Below are positions 47,756 to 56,768 of a DNA stretch of 64,000 nucleotides, piece by piece (position 1 is the first letter of the stretch; each line of letters opens with the position of its first letter). The notes beneath the pieces were generated by a model, which had not been told where the DNA came from, made no database searches, and worked only from the letters and a program-made list of their open reading frames with translations. Origin of the DNA: an uncultured Acidobacteriota bacterium. GTDB lineage: Bacteria; Acidobacteriota; Thermoanaerobaculia; Multivoradales; UBA5704. The position numbers and the translations under genes are program-made. Location: the NCBI GenBank assembly GCA_963770895.1, contig CAVYRF010000002.1, positions 3,968,001-4,032,000 of the forward strand, in the 5' to 3' direction.

Positions 47756-48728
47756 CAGGATGCTCGTCGATGACCCTGCTCAGCGGGCCGCCTTGCCCGC
47801 CGTGGTGGAGGAATGCGTTGCCGCGGTCGACGGACCTGCCAGGTTTCTCGAGATGTACCGTCGGCGGGAAGACCAGATCGAGGAGCAGCTTCTTGTCCAG
47901 GGTGCCATACTCTTTCGCGGCTTCTCGATCGATCAAGACGGGAGTTTCGAGCGGCTGATGCGTTCATTGCCTGGACGGCTGTTGGACTACGTCGACGGAA
48001 ACTCGCCGCGGAAAATGCTGGCCCAGGGGGTCTATACTTCCACCGAATATCCTTCGCAATATTTCATATCGTTGCACAACGAGCTGTCGTATGCTGCGGC
48101 TTGGCCCACGCGTCTCTATTTTTGCTGTGTTGTCGAGCCACAAGACGGCGGCGAGACGCCGCTGGCAGACAGCAGGCGGATTCTCGCGCGACTCGATCAG
48201 GGCCTGGTGGAGACGTTTGTCACCAAGAAAGTGAAGTACATCCGGAATCTACACGGCGGCCGGGGCTTCGGACCATCGTGGCAGACCACCTTCGCGACCG
48301 GCGATCGCCAGGCTGTGGAGCGGCTCTGTCGCGACACCGGCAGCGAGCTGGAGTGGAACGGAGACGGCAGCTTGACGCTGTCCAGCGTGCGCCCTGCGAT
48401 CGCCGCTCATCCTAAGACGGGCGAGTTGGTGTGGTTCAACCAAGCGGACCAGTTTCACCCCTCTACCCACCCCAAGCAGATCTACGACGCCATGATGCTG
48501 CTGTACGAGGGCCGAGAGAACCGGCTGCCCCAATACGTGCGATTCGGCGACGACAGCCCCATTCCTCGTGAGATGCTGGATGCCGTTCGGGCCGCGGTCA
48601 AGGCCGAGACTCACACCTTTCGGTGGCGCAAGGGCGATCTGCTGATGCTTGACAACATGCTCATCAGCCACGGCCGGGCGCCATTCAAGGGACCTCGTAA
48701 AATCCTCGTCTCGATGACCGACTACTAG
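47742..48728 (+). CDS. TauD/TfdA-family Fe(II)/2-oxoglutarate dioxygenase, SyrP-like
   Basis: GAILFRGF, SPR, VYTSTEYP, LHNELSY, GGETPLADSR, WFNQA, DNMLISHGRAPF.G.R; 14-bp overlap with the NRPS. Confidence 0.93.
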   Translation: MADLDRMLVDDPAQRAALPAVVEECVAAVDGPARFLEMYRRREDQIEEQLLVQGAILFRGFSIDQDGSFERLMRSLPGRLLDYVDGNSPRKMLAQGVYTSTEYPSQYFISLHNELSYAAAWPTRLYFCCVVEPQDGGETPLADSRRILARLDQGLVETFVTKKVKYIRNLHGGRGFGPSWQTTFATGDRQAVERLCRDTGSELEWNGDGSLTLSSVRPAIAAHPKTGELVWFNQADQFHPSTHPKQIYDAMMLLYEGRENRLPQYVRFGDDSPIPREMLDAVRAAVKAETHTFRWRKGDLLMLDNMLISHGRAPFKGPRKILVSMTDY

Positions 48729-48855
48729 TGGGCGGGCGGCGCCGAAACGAAGCGGACGCACGGACGAGGCGGGAGGGCAGCGACTGGATGGTCAGGAGCG
48801 GCATCAGGTTTGCTTCGCTCGCGATGCAAATCACGATGCGACTGGTCCTGGGCAT

Positions 48856-48929
48856 CAGGCGCCCGCTATGTGGAGCAGGGTCACCAGAAGGGAAACGTCG
48901 TCGTTACGGTCACCCACGAAGGTGCGTGA
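48856..48929 (+). pseudogene. C-terminal remnant of an MDR-family (NAD(P)-dependent alcohol dehydrogenase/quinone reductase) gene
   Basis: 48864-48929 translates RYVEQGHQKGNVVVTVTHEGA*, matching the typical (AH)RYVE.GH..GNVV.TV terminus; no upstream gene body. Confidence 0.6.
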
Positions 48930-49011
48930 GCGGCAACCTGCCAGGATGCCGGAGGTCGGGAGTCGGGGCGGCGGGCGACAATGCGAACACGATCCGGAGA
49001 GGAGTGGTTTC

Positions 49012-50790
49012 ATGCTGACGCTGCGATCCAAGGCCATGACTCCCCGCCGCCGCGAGCGGTGCGGACGCTTGGTGTTGGTTTCCTTGTTGTTCCTCGCCGC
49101 CGGGCCTGCCGCCGGACCCTTGAGGCTCGCGGCCTCGCCCGCCGCCGCTGCGGTTTTGTCTCCGGCGCCGGATGCGGCGTCTCTTGCGGCCGCGCTCGAT
49201 GCCATGCTGGCCGCTACGTTTCCGGCCGACCGGCCGGGCGCCGCGGTGCTGGTCAAGCGAGGCGACGAGGTGCTGCTGCGCAAGGGGTACGGCATGGCCA
49301 ACCTGGAGCTGGGGGTCGCGCTCCAGCCGGACAGCGTGTTCGAGATCGGGTCGATCACGAAGCAGTTCACCGCCGCCGGCATTCTGCTGCTCGCCGAACG
49401 CGGCCAGCTGCGCCTCGACGACGACATCACCCGCTACCTGACGGACTTCCCCACGCACGGCAAGAAGATCACGATCCAGCACCTGCTCACCCACACATCC
49501 GGCATCGTCGACTACACCCACCTGCCGGAGTGGGCGGCGCACGTCCGCGACGACCTGCCGCCCGCGTCGGTTGCCGCTCTCTTCAAGGACAGGGCGCTCG
49601 ATTTTTCTCCCGGGGAGCGGTGGGCTTACGACAACTCGGGATATTTCCTGCTCGGCATGGTGATCGAGAAGGTGGCCGGCAAGACCTACGGACAGTTCCT
49701 GATGGACGAGATCTTCCGGCCGCTGGGCATGAAAAGCACCCGCTACGGCAGCAACGTCGATCTCATTCTCCACCGCGCCTACGGCTATGAAAAAGCGGGC
49801 GACCGGTTCGTCAACGCCGAGTATTACAGCATGACCCAGCCCTTCGCCGCCGGCGCCCTGGTCTCGAGCGTCGACGACCTCGCGATCTGGGACCGGGCGC
49901 TCTATGGCGAGTCGCTGCTCAAGAAGGCCACGCTGCAGCAGATGTTCACCCCAGGCCGGCTGAGCTCCGGCGTCTCGACCCGCTACGCCAACGGCTGGGC
50001 CTTCGGCAGCCTCGGCGAGCACGCCGTGGTGTGGCACAACGGCAGCATCCCCGGTTTCGCGACGGCACTGCTGCGCGTTCCCGACCCGCGCTTGCTCGTG
50101 GTCGTGCTGTCCAATGACGCGAGCCACCAGCCGTCGCCCGACGCCTTGGCGAGGCGCCTCGCTTCCCGCGTGCTGGGCGTGCCGGACCGGCCGCCCGCCT
50201 TGGCGGGCGGCGCGCTCGACGCCGCGGACCTGGACGGGTATGCCGGCGTCTACGTCGACCAGGACCAGGTGAAGCGGATGGTGTCACGCGACGGCGGCCG
50301 CCTGTTCGCACAGCGCCAGGGCGGCGAGAAGTTCGAGCTGCTGCCGGCCGCGCGCGATCGCTTCGTCTACCAGGACAATTCCGCCGGGCTGACCTTCCAG
50401 CGCGACGTCCAGGGACGCGTCAGCGGCGCGCTGTTCGACCCCGGCGTTGGCCCCGAGCTGGCGCTGCGCAGGAGCGCCGAGGCCCCGCCCGCCGAGCGCC
50501 AGGCCATCGCGGTTTCGGCGGCGCTGGCGGCGCTCTTCGACGGCTACGCCGGCGCCTATGAGCTCGCTCCCGGCTTCGTGCTCACCATCACTCGCGACGG
50601 CGACCACCTCTTCGCCCAGGCCACCGGCCAGTCCAGGTTCGAGATCTTCCCCGCGTCGGAGACCCGTTTTTTCCTCAAGGTCGTCGACGCCGAGATCGAG
50701 TTCACGCCCGCTCCCACGGCCGGCGGCCGCTCGCCGCGGCTGGTGCTGCACCAGGGAGGCCGGGACATGCCAGGAGAGCGGACCCGCTGA
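49012..50790 (+). CDS. Serine hydrolase (beta-lactamase/AmpC-like family) with C-terminal DUF3471-like domains
   Basis: Signal peptide, FEIGSITKQF (SxxK), LLTHTSG, YDNSGY, HNGSIPGF; Y.G.Y C-terminal repeats. Confidence 0.9.
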   Translation: MLTLRSKAMTPRRRERCGRLVLVSLLFLAAGPAAGPLRLAASPAAAAVLSPAPDAASLAAALDAMLAATFPADRPGAAVLVKRGDEVLLRKGYGMANLELGVALQPDSVFEIGSITKQFTAAGILLLAERGQLRLDDDITRYLTDFPTHGKKITIQHLLTHTSGIVDYTHLPEWAAHVRDDLPPASVAALFKDRALDFSPGERWAYDNSGYFLLGMVIEKVAGKTYGQFLMDEIFRPLGMKSTRYGSNVDLILHRAYGYEKAGDRFVNAEYYSMTQPFAAGALVSSVDDLAIWDRALYGESLLKKATLQQMFTPGRLSSGVSTRYANGWAFGSLGEHAVVWHNGSIPGFATALLRVPDPRLLVVVLSNDASHQPSPDALARRLASRVLGVPDRPPALAGGALDAADLDGYAGVYVDQDQVKRMVSRDGGRLFAQRQGGEKFELLPAARDRFVYQDNSAGLTFQRDVQGRVSGALFDPGVGPELALRRSAEAPPAERQAIAVSAALAALFDGYAGAYELAPGFVLTITRDGDHLFAQATGQSRFEIFPASETRFFLKVVDAEIEFTPAPTAGGRSPRLVLHQGGRDMPGERTR

Positions 50791-50902
50791 CCGCAGATTC
50801 CAGTGCTGTCTGGATTCCGCGAAGGTGGGCCATACACCGCCGTGCCACGTTCGGGAAGGCCGGGCGCACTGGCATTTGCAACCACTTGGGAGCGAGGTGC
50901 CG

Positions 50903-52972
50903 ATGTTGAGTCTGTGGGATGACAAGGACGCTGGTGGGTATCGCGGCGAGCTGGCGCAGCGGGTCTATACCTCGCGGTTGCTGGGCCGCGACCCGTCGCT
51001 GGTGCTGCATGGGGGCGGCAACACCTCGGTCAAGGTGCGACAGACGGACGTGTTTGGCGCGGAGCAGGAGATCCTGTACGTCAAGGGGAGCGGCTGGGAC
51101 CTGGTGACGATCGAGGAGGCGGGCTTTGCGCCGCTGCGTCTGGCGCCGGTGCGGCGGCTGGCCGAGCTGCCGGCGCTGTCGGACCCGCAGATGGTCAACG
51201 AGCTGGTGACCCGCTCGGTGCGCGCCGGGGCGCCGGCGCCGTCGGTCGAGGCGATTCTGCACGCGATCCTGCCGCCGCGGTTTGTGGATCACACCCACGC
51301 CGACGCGGTGGTGACGATCACCAACACCGCCGACGGCGCGGCGCGGGTGCGGGAGATTTACGGCGAGTCGGTGCTGATCGTCCCCTACGTGATGCCGGGC
51401 TTCGCGCTGGCCCGCGCGGTCTACCTGCAGCTGGCGGCGCTGGGCGCGCTGGCGGGCCTGCCGCCGTCGCTCCAGGGCATGGTGCTGCTCAACCATGGCA
51501 TCTTTTCGTTCGCCGACAGCGCCCGCGAGTCGTACGAGCGCATGATCCAGCTGGTCGATCGCGCCGAAGCCTATCTGCGGGCGCGCGGCGCCTGGTCCCT
51601 CGGGGACGGCGCTGGCGGCGCCGGTGGCGCCGCCGCCGCCCAGCCGGCGACCGCACCGGCGCCGTCATCGCCACCGCCACCGCCACCGCCACCGCCGGCC
51701 AACGACTTTGCTGTCGCCGTCGCGACGCTGCGGCGGGACCTTTCCGCCGTCGCCGGGCGGCCGCTGGTCGTCACCTCGCGACGCGACGCGCGCAGCCTGC
51801 GGTTCACCGGCCGGCAGGATCTGCCGCGGATCGCGCTCGCCGGGCCGGCCACCCCGGACCACGTGCTGCGCACCAAGCGCCTGCCGCTTTTGGGACGCGA
51901 CGTGGCGGCCTATGCCGCCGCCTACCAGCTCTACTACCAGGAGCAGGCGCCGCGGCCGGCGGCGGCCGGCGCGCCGACCACCATGCTGGACGCGGCGCCG
52001 CGCATCGTGCTCGACCGCGACCTGGGTCTGCTGGCCGCCGGGCGCACGCCGGCCGAGGCGGCCATCGCCGCCGAGATCTACCAGCACACCATGGACGTGA
52101 TCGAGCGTGCCGACCGCCTGGGCGGCTACCGGGCGCTGCCGGCGGGCGACCTGTTCGACGTCGAGTATTGGGACCTGGAACAGGCCAAGCTGCGGCGGGC
52201 CGGCGACCCTCCTGCCTTTGCCGGCGAGGTGGCGCTGGTCACCGGTGCCGCCTCGGGGATCGGCAAGGCCTGCGTCCAGGCGCTGCTGGCGCGCGGCGCG
52301 GCGGTGGTCGCCCTGGACCTGGACCCGCGCGTGACCGACCTGTTTGCCTCGCCGGCCGCGATCGGCGTGTGCTGCGACGTGACCGCCGAAGCCCAGGTCG
52401 CCGCGGCTCTCGCCGTCGGGGTGGCGGCCTTTGGCGGGCTCGACGTGGCGATTCTGAACGCCGGCGTGTTCCCGGACAGCTGCGCCATCGCAGGGCTTTC
52501 CCAGGACGCGTGGCGGCGGGTGATGGCGGTCAACCTGGACGCGAACCTCACCCTGATGCGGCTCTGCCACCCGCTGTTGCGCCTGGCGCCGCGCGGCGGC
52601 AGGGTGGCGGTGGTGGGCTCGAAGAACGTGCCGGCGCCTGGACGCGGCGTGGCCGCCTATTCGGCTTCCAAGGCGGCGTTGCAGCAGCTGGCTCGCGTCG
52701 CCGCGCTGGAATGGGGCGGCGACGGCATCCGGGTCAACATCGTGCACCCCAACGCGGTATTCGACACCGCCATCTGGACCGCGGACCGCCTGGCCGCCCG
52801 CGCCGCGGCCTACCACCTCGACGTGGAGGCGTATCGCACGTCGAACGTCCTGGGCATCGAGGTGCGCAGCAGCGACGTCGCCGAGGTGGCCGTCGAGCTG
52901 TGCGGCTCGCGCTTTTCGCGCACCACCGGCGCCCAGGTGCCGGTGGACGGCGGCAACGAGCGGGTGATCTGA
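50903..52972 (+). CDS. Bifunctional class II aldolase / short-chain dehydrogenase (RhaD-like)
   Basis: LVLHGGGNTSVK, PSVE..LHA, DHTHAD, NHG, YWDLEQAKL; SDR motifs TGAASGIG, NAG, YSASK. Confidence 0.92.
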   Translation: MLSLWDDKDAGGYRGELAQRVYTSRLLGRDPSLVLHGGGNTSVKVRQTDVFGAEQEILYVKGSGWDLVTIEEAGFAPLRLAPVRRLAELPALSDPQMVNELVTRSVRAGAPAPSVEAILHAILPPRFVDHTHADAVVTITNTADGAARVREIYGESVLIVPYVMPGFALARAVYLQLAALGALAGLPPSLQGMVLLNHGIFSFADSARESYERMIQLVDRAEAYLRARGAWSLGDGAGGAGGAAAAQPATAPAPSSPPPPPPPPPANDFAVAVATLRRDLSAVAGRPLVVTSRRDARSLRFTGRQDLPRIALAGPATPDHVLRTKRLPLLGRDVAAYAAAYQLYYQEQAPRPAAAGAPTTMLDAAPRIVLDRDLGLLAAGRTPAEAAIAAEIYQHTMDVIERADRLGGYRALPAGDLFDVEYWDLEQAKLRRAGDPPAFAGEVALVTGAASGIGKACVQALLARGAAVVALDLDPRVTDLFASPAAIGVCCDVTAEAQVAAALAVGVAAFGGLDVAILNAGVFPDSCAIAGLSQDAWRRVMAVNLDANLTLMRLCHPLLRLAPRGGRVAVVGSKNVPAPGRGVAAYSASKAALQQLARVAALEWGGDGIRVNIVHPNAVFDTAIWTADRLAARAAAYHLDVEAYRTSNVLGIEVRSSDVAEVAVELCGSRFSRTTGAQVPVDGGNERVI

Positions 52973-53031
52973 AGGATTCGGGGCGCGGCTGCCGGGGCTG
53001 CTCGGGGTGGCGGCGAGCCGCCGCCGGGCGC

Positions 53032-53220
53032 TCAGCGCTTGAAACGCCGGGGATTGGTGTAGGCCAGGGCCGCCAGCGCCGCCACCTGGGCGAGCGGAAT
53101 CAAGACCAGGTAGGCCAGGTCGTCGCGCGTCAGGAGCGTGCCGGAGGCGATGCGGTGGCAGAGCAGCAGGCCGAGCAGCAGCACCACGGTGAGCAGCAGC
53201 CAGACGGCGAGCCACCTCAT
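53032..53220 (-). CDS. Small two-TM hypothetical protein
   Basis: 62 aa, two hydrophobic helices and a basic tail; co-oriented just downstream of the cupin gene. Confidence 0.55.
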   Translation of the reverse strand: MRWLAVWLLLTVVLLLGLLLCHRIASGTLLTRDDLAYLVLIPLAQVAALAALAYTNPRRFKR

Positions 53221-53249
53221 GGCTGGTCCCGCCGGCGCGGCCGCCGTGG

Positions 53250-54395
53250 TCAGTGGAGCGCGACCTCGGGGCGGATCCTGTGCTCCACGACTTCCAGCGG
53301 TTGGTCGCCCTCGTTGACCAGGGCGTACCAGGTGCCCTGCGGCACGGTCAGCAGGTCGCGCCCGGCGACCGCAAGGCCGGGGGCGGTCGGGCGCGCCAGC
53401 TCGGCGGCGCTGCCCAGCAGCACGCGGCCGCTGCCGGAGCGCACGTAGAGCGAGGCGGCGCAGCGGGGATCGGATTGCGGCGCCGTTTCGCCGCGCGGCT
53501 GGATGCTGTACTGCGCCGCATCCACGAAACCGGTGGCCAAAACGGTGCGGGTGCCGCCCTGGATGGCGTGGGCCGGCAGGTGCCGAGAAGACGCCGCCGC
53601 ATCGGCCGCAGGGGTGGCGTGCCGGCGCTCCAGATCTGCGAGGCCGGCGGCCACCACCCGGCTGGACGGCGGGTTGCGCAGGCCGGCCAGACGCTGGTGC
53701 ACCCAGGGCTTGGCGAAGGTGGCGGGGATCGGCCGCCCCTCGTTCTGGTCGTGCAACCGGTCCACCATGTCGGTCGAGATGGTGGCGAACTCTTCCAGCG
53801 TGCAGCCGACGACGGTGTGCACGATGTTGAGCTGGTCCAGGATGAAGACGTCGCCGGGATGCGCCGGGATGCGGTGGCGCTCGTAGGCGGCGTCGGGCTG
53901 GCCCGCCAGCCAGTCGGCAAAGCGGCCGCGGTCGTAGTCGCGCCGCCAGTCGTCGTAGCTGCTGAGGTAGACGAAGCCGCCGGGATGCGCGTCCAGGATG
54001 TGGAAGACCTCGGTCTTGTGGGTGAGGTGGCGCTGGAAGCTGAACCCTTCGTCTGGATTCTGCAGGAAGATGGAGTAGCCGAGCGGGCTGCTGGCCTTGA
54101 CGGCGTAGCTCTTGTACTTCATCAGCAGGCCGACCTGCAGCTGGAAGGCGGCGACGGCGCGGGCGGTCTCGCCCGACACCTCGCCGGCCAGCTCGCGGCG
54201 CAAGACCGCCTTGAGCAGGGCTTCGTAGCGCTCCAGCACGGCGATCGGCAGATCGCTCGCCAGGTACCCGGCAAGCGCCGGCAGCAGCCGCAGACCGTGC
54301 TCCGCCAGACGCGCCTGTGTCGGCAGGTCGGCGGCGGCTTCCGCCTGTCCCAGGGTGCGCAGCTCGCGGTCGATGTCGTACGCCGTCACGGTCAT
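53250..54395 (-). CDS. Divergent class I phosphomannose-isomerase-like bicupin
   Basis: SFQRH, KTEVFHILDA.PG, PGDVF......VH, D...RLHD match the order of the PMI type I motifs; second cupin at the C-terminus; ATGA overlap with the S46 gene. Confidence 0.6.
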   Translation of the reverse strand: MTVTAYDIDRELRTLGQAEAAADLPTQARLAEHGLRLLPALAGYLASDLPIAVLERYEALLKAVLRRELAGEVSGETARAVAAFQLQVGLLMKYKSYAVKASSPLGYSIFLQNPDEGFSFQRHLTHKTEVFHILDAHPGGFVYLSSYDDWRRDYDRGRFADWLAGQPDAAYERHRIPAHPGDVFILDQLNIVHTVVGCTLEEFATISTDMVDRLHDQNEGRPIPATFAKPWVHQRLAGLRNPPSSRVVAAGLADLERRHATPAADAAASSRHLPAHAIQGGTRTVLATGFVDAAQYSIQPRGETAPQSDPRCAASLYVRSGSGRVLLGSAAELARPTAPGLAVAGRDLLTVPQGTWYALVNEGDQPLEVVEHRIRPEVALH

Positions 54396-56677
54396 GGCTT
54401 GGCGGGGTGGGCGACGCCCATTTCGTCGAGCAGCGGCTGGGCGGCGGCGCCGTGCGTCGCGGAGAGCATCCACAGCAGGTAGCGGATGTCGACGCTGATG
54501 TTGCGCGCGACGTCCGGGTTGAAACCGAAGTCGTTGGCGACGTTTTCCCACACGCGGTCGAAGTTGACGCCCACCAGCTGGCCGCGGCCGTTGAGCACCG
54601 GGCTGCCCGAGTTGCCGCCGGTGGTGTCGGCGTCGGCCAGAAAGCAGACCGGCACGTCGTGGAGAGCGGGATCGGCCCACGGGCTGGACGGCCCCTGCGC
54701 CGCGGCCGTCAGGATCGCCGGCGGCGTGTCGAACGGCTCTTCGCCGGTGCTCTTTGCGACCATCCCGGCCAGGCGGGTCTGCGGCGTCATCCATACGCCG
54801 TCGCGCGGGCTGTAGCCCTGGACGTGGGCGAAGGAGACGCGCAGGGTGCCGTTGGCGTCGGGGGCGAGCGGCTTGCCGGCCTGCGCCGCTACGGCCTTGC
54901 GCCAGGCCGGACGCAGGCGGGAGACGGCGCCGCCGAAGCGATGGTCTTCCTCCTCGTCCTGCTGGATCGCGGTCGCCAGGCCGGCCGCGAGATCGATCAG
55001 CGGATCGTGGCGGGCGAGCAGCTGCGGCTCGGTCTCTCCCAGCATCTTCGTCCGCTCCGCCAGGTCGCCGACGCGGCTGCCCGCGATCAGCTGGGCGGCC
55101 CGCGCCTGCAGCGCCGCGGCGTCGAAGCGGGGCGGCGGCGCACCCGCGGCGGCGCCTCCGGTCCGGTCGGCGGCGGTGGGTGCGTCGGCGGTTGTCGCGG
55201 CGGCGGGCGGCAGGCCGGCCAGGACGGCCTCGACCGCCGGCACGCCTGCGGGTTCGGGCATGGCGGCGAAGCGGGCCAGCAGGTCGGCAAGGAGCTGGGC
55301 TTCGACCGGCGGGTAGATGCGGGACTGGTCGCGCCGCAGGCCTTCTTCGAAGCGGTCGCGATTGCGGTCCATGTAGGGCGCCTCGCGCTCCAGGTCCGGT
55401 TTGAGCGTTTCGCGCGCGTGGCGCACCACCGTGATGGCGAGGTCGAGCGGCTTGGGGCCCGAGCGCATCACGTTGAGCAGGAAGTTGCGGTCCCAGGTGG
55501 CGTTGCGCAGCTCGACCAGCTGGGTCAGCTCGCCGTGGGCGGCGGTGCCGGCGCTCGCCAGCGGGTCCTGTGGGCGGGCGGCCGCCCAATCGAGCACCGC
55601 ACGTTCGGCCGCTTCCTTCTTGTCCAGGATGTTGCCGCGGCGCAACCCGTCGATCTGGCCGCGCGAATTCTTTTCGGTGTTGGACAGCGACTTGATGCGA
55701 TCGGCAAGGGCGATGCGGGCTGTCGCGTTGGTGCGCGCCGCCGCCTCTTCGAGGTCCAGCCAGGTGCGGGTCACCTGGGCGAGGTGCGGATAGAAGCGGA
55801 CGGCGCGCTCGCGCACCTCGGCGGCGGTGAGCGAACGGAAGGTGACGCCGGGATAGCCTGGCACCATGACGAACTCGCCGGGGGCTGCGCCCTGGGCGGC
55901 GACGGGAAAGAAGTGCGCCGGCGTGAGCGGCCGGTTGGTCTGGGCATACGGCGCCGGCGCGCCGTCCGGTGCGGCGTACACCCGCAGCAGCGCGAAGTCG
56001 CCGCTGTGGCGCGGCCAGCTCCAGTTGTCGATCTCACCGCCGAAGTCGCCGACCGCGCGCGGCGGCGCATAGACCAGGCGCACGTCGGGGTATTCGATGC
56101 TCTCGCTCAGCACGTAGCGCACGCCGCCGTCGAAGGCCGCCACTTCGCAGCGCCGGTTCTGCCGGCGCTCGCATTCGGCCACCAGGTCCTTCTTTTTGCG
56201 ATCGATGGCGCGGTAGCGTGCCAGGTCGTCGGCACCGGCAGCGGCAGCCGCGGCTTCGACCAGCTGGGACACGTCGGTCGTCGTATGCGGCAGCGTCGCG
56301 CGCACGTTCGAGCCGGACAGCTCGTCTTGGTGCCGCGAGGCCAGGAAGCCGCTGGTGATCAGGTCGCGCTCGGGCGTCGAGTGCTGCTGCAGGATGGAAA
56401 ACGCGCAGTGGTGGTTGGTGATCATCAGCCCCTGGGCGGAGATGAAGCTGGCCGAGCAGCCGTTGATCTTGACCGCCGCCTCCAGCAGACCGGCGCCTTG
56501 CTGCGCCGACCACAGCTGCTGTGGCTGGATCTGCAGGCCGAGCGAGCGCAGCCATGCCGGATCCAGCTCCAGCACCTGGTCGGGAGTCCATTTGCCTTCG
56601 ACGCCGGCGGCGCTCGCACCCCACGCCAACCAGCCGATTGCCAGTGCCATCAAGCACTTGCCTTTCCCATTTGGCAT
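54392..56677 (-). CDS. S46 family dipeptidyl peptidase
   Basis: EGKW, GCSASFIS..GL..TNHHC, FGGEIDNWSWPRHSGDF, PDANGTLR, DTTGGNSGSP, FDRVWE. Confidence 0.95.
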   Translation of the reverse strand: MPNGKGKCLMALAIGWLAWGASAAGVEGKWTPDQVLELDPAWLRSLGLQIQPQQLWSAQQGAGLLEAAVKINGCSASFISAQGLMITNHHCAFSILQQHSTPERDLITSGFLASRHQDELSGSNVRATLPHTTTDVSQLVEAAAAAAGADDLARYRAIDRKKKDLVAECERRQNRRCEVAAFDGGVRYVLSESIEYPDVRLVYAPPRAVGDFGGEIDNWSWPRHSGDFALLRVYAAPDGAPAPYAQTNRPLTPAHFFPVAAQGAAPGEFVMVPGYPGVTFRSLTAAEVRERAVRFYPHLAQVTRTWLDLEEAAARTNATARIALADRIKSLSNTEKNSRGQIDGLRRGNILDKKEAAERAVLDWAAARPQDPLASAGTAAHGELTQLVELRNATWDRNFLLNVMRSGPKPLDLAITVVRHARETLKPDLEREAPYMDRNRDRFEEGLRRDQSRIYPPVEAQLLADLLARFAAMPEPAGVPAVEAVLAGLPPAAATTADAPTAADRTGGAAAGAPPPRFDAAALQARAAQLIAGSRVGDLAERTKMLGETEPQLLARHDPLIDLAAGLATAIQQDEEEDHRFGGAVSRLRPAWRKAVAAQAGKPLAPDANGTLRVSFAHVQGYSPRDGVWMTPQTRLAGMVAKSTGEEPFDTPPAILTAAAQGPSSPWADPALHDVPVCFLADADTTGGNSGSPVLNGRGQLVGVNFDRVWENVANDFGFNPDVARNISVDIRYLLWMLSATHGAAAQPLLDEMGVAHPAKP

Positions 56678-56768
56678 CGCATGCTCCCCGGTCCCCGGTT
56701 GAGGCGGCGATTCTAACCGACGCCGGGCATGTCGGGAGGGCCGGCCGGGCACAGCCGGCACAACCCAG

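Noticed and set aside
49012-50790. Serine hydrolase as a true beta-lactamase or part of the NRPS cluster
   Set aside because: This family is mostly peptidases/esterases; it has host-like GC and is separated from the NRPS unit by a gene remnant.
51669-51697. (CCACCG)n microsatellite as a phase-variation tract
   Set aside because: The hexamer unit preserves frame and simply encodes a poly-Pro linker.
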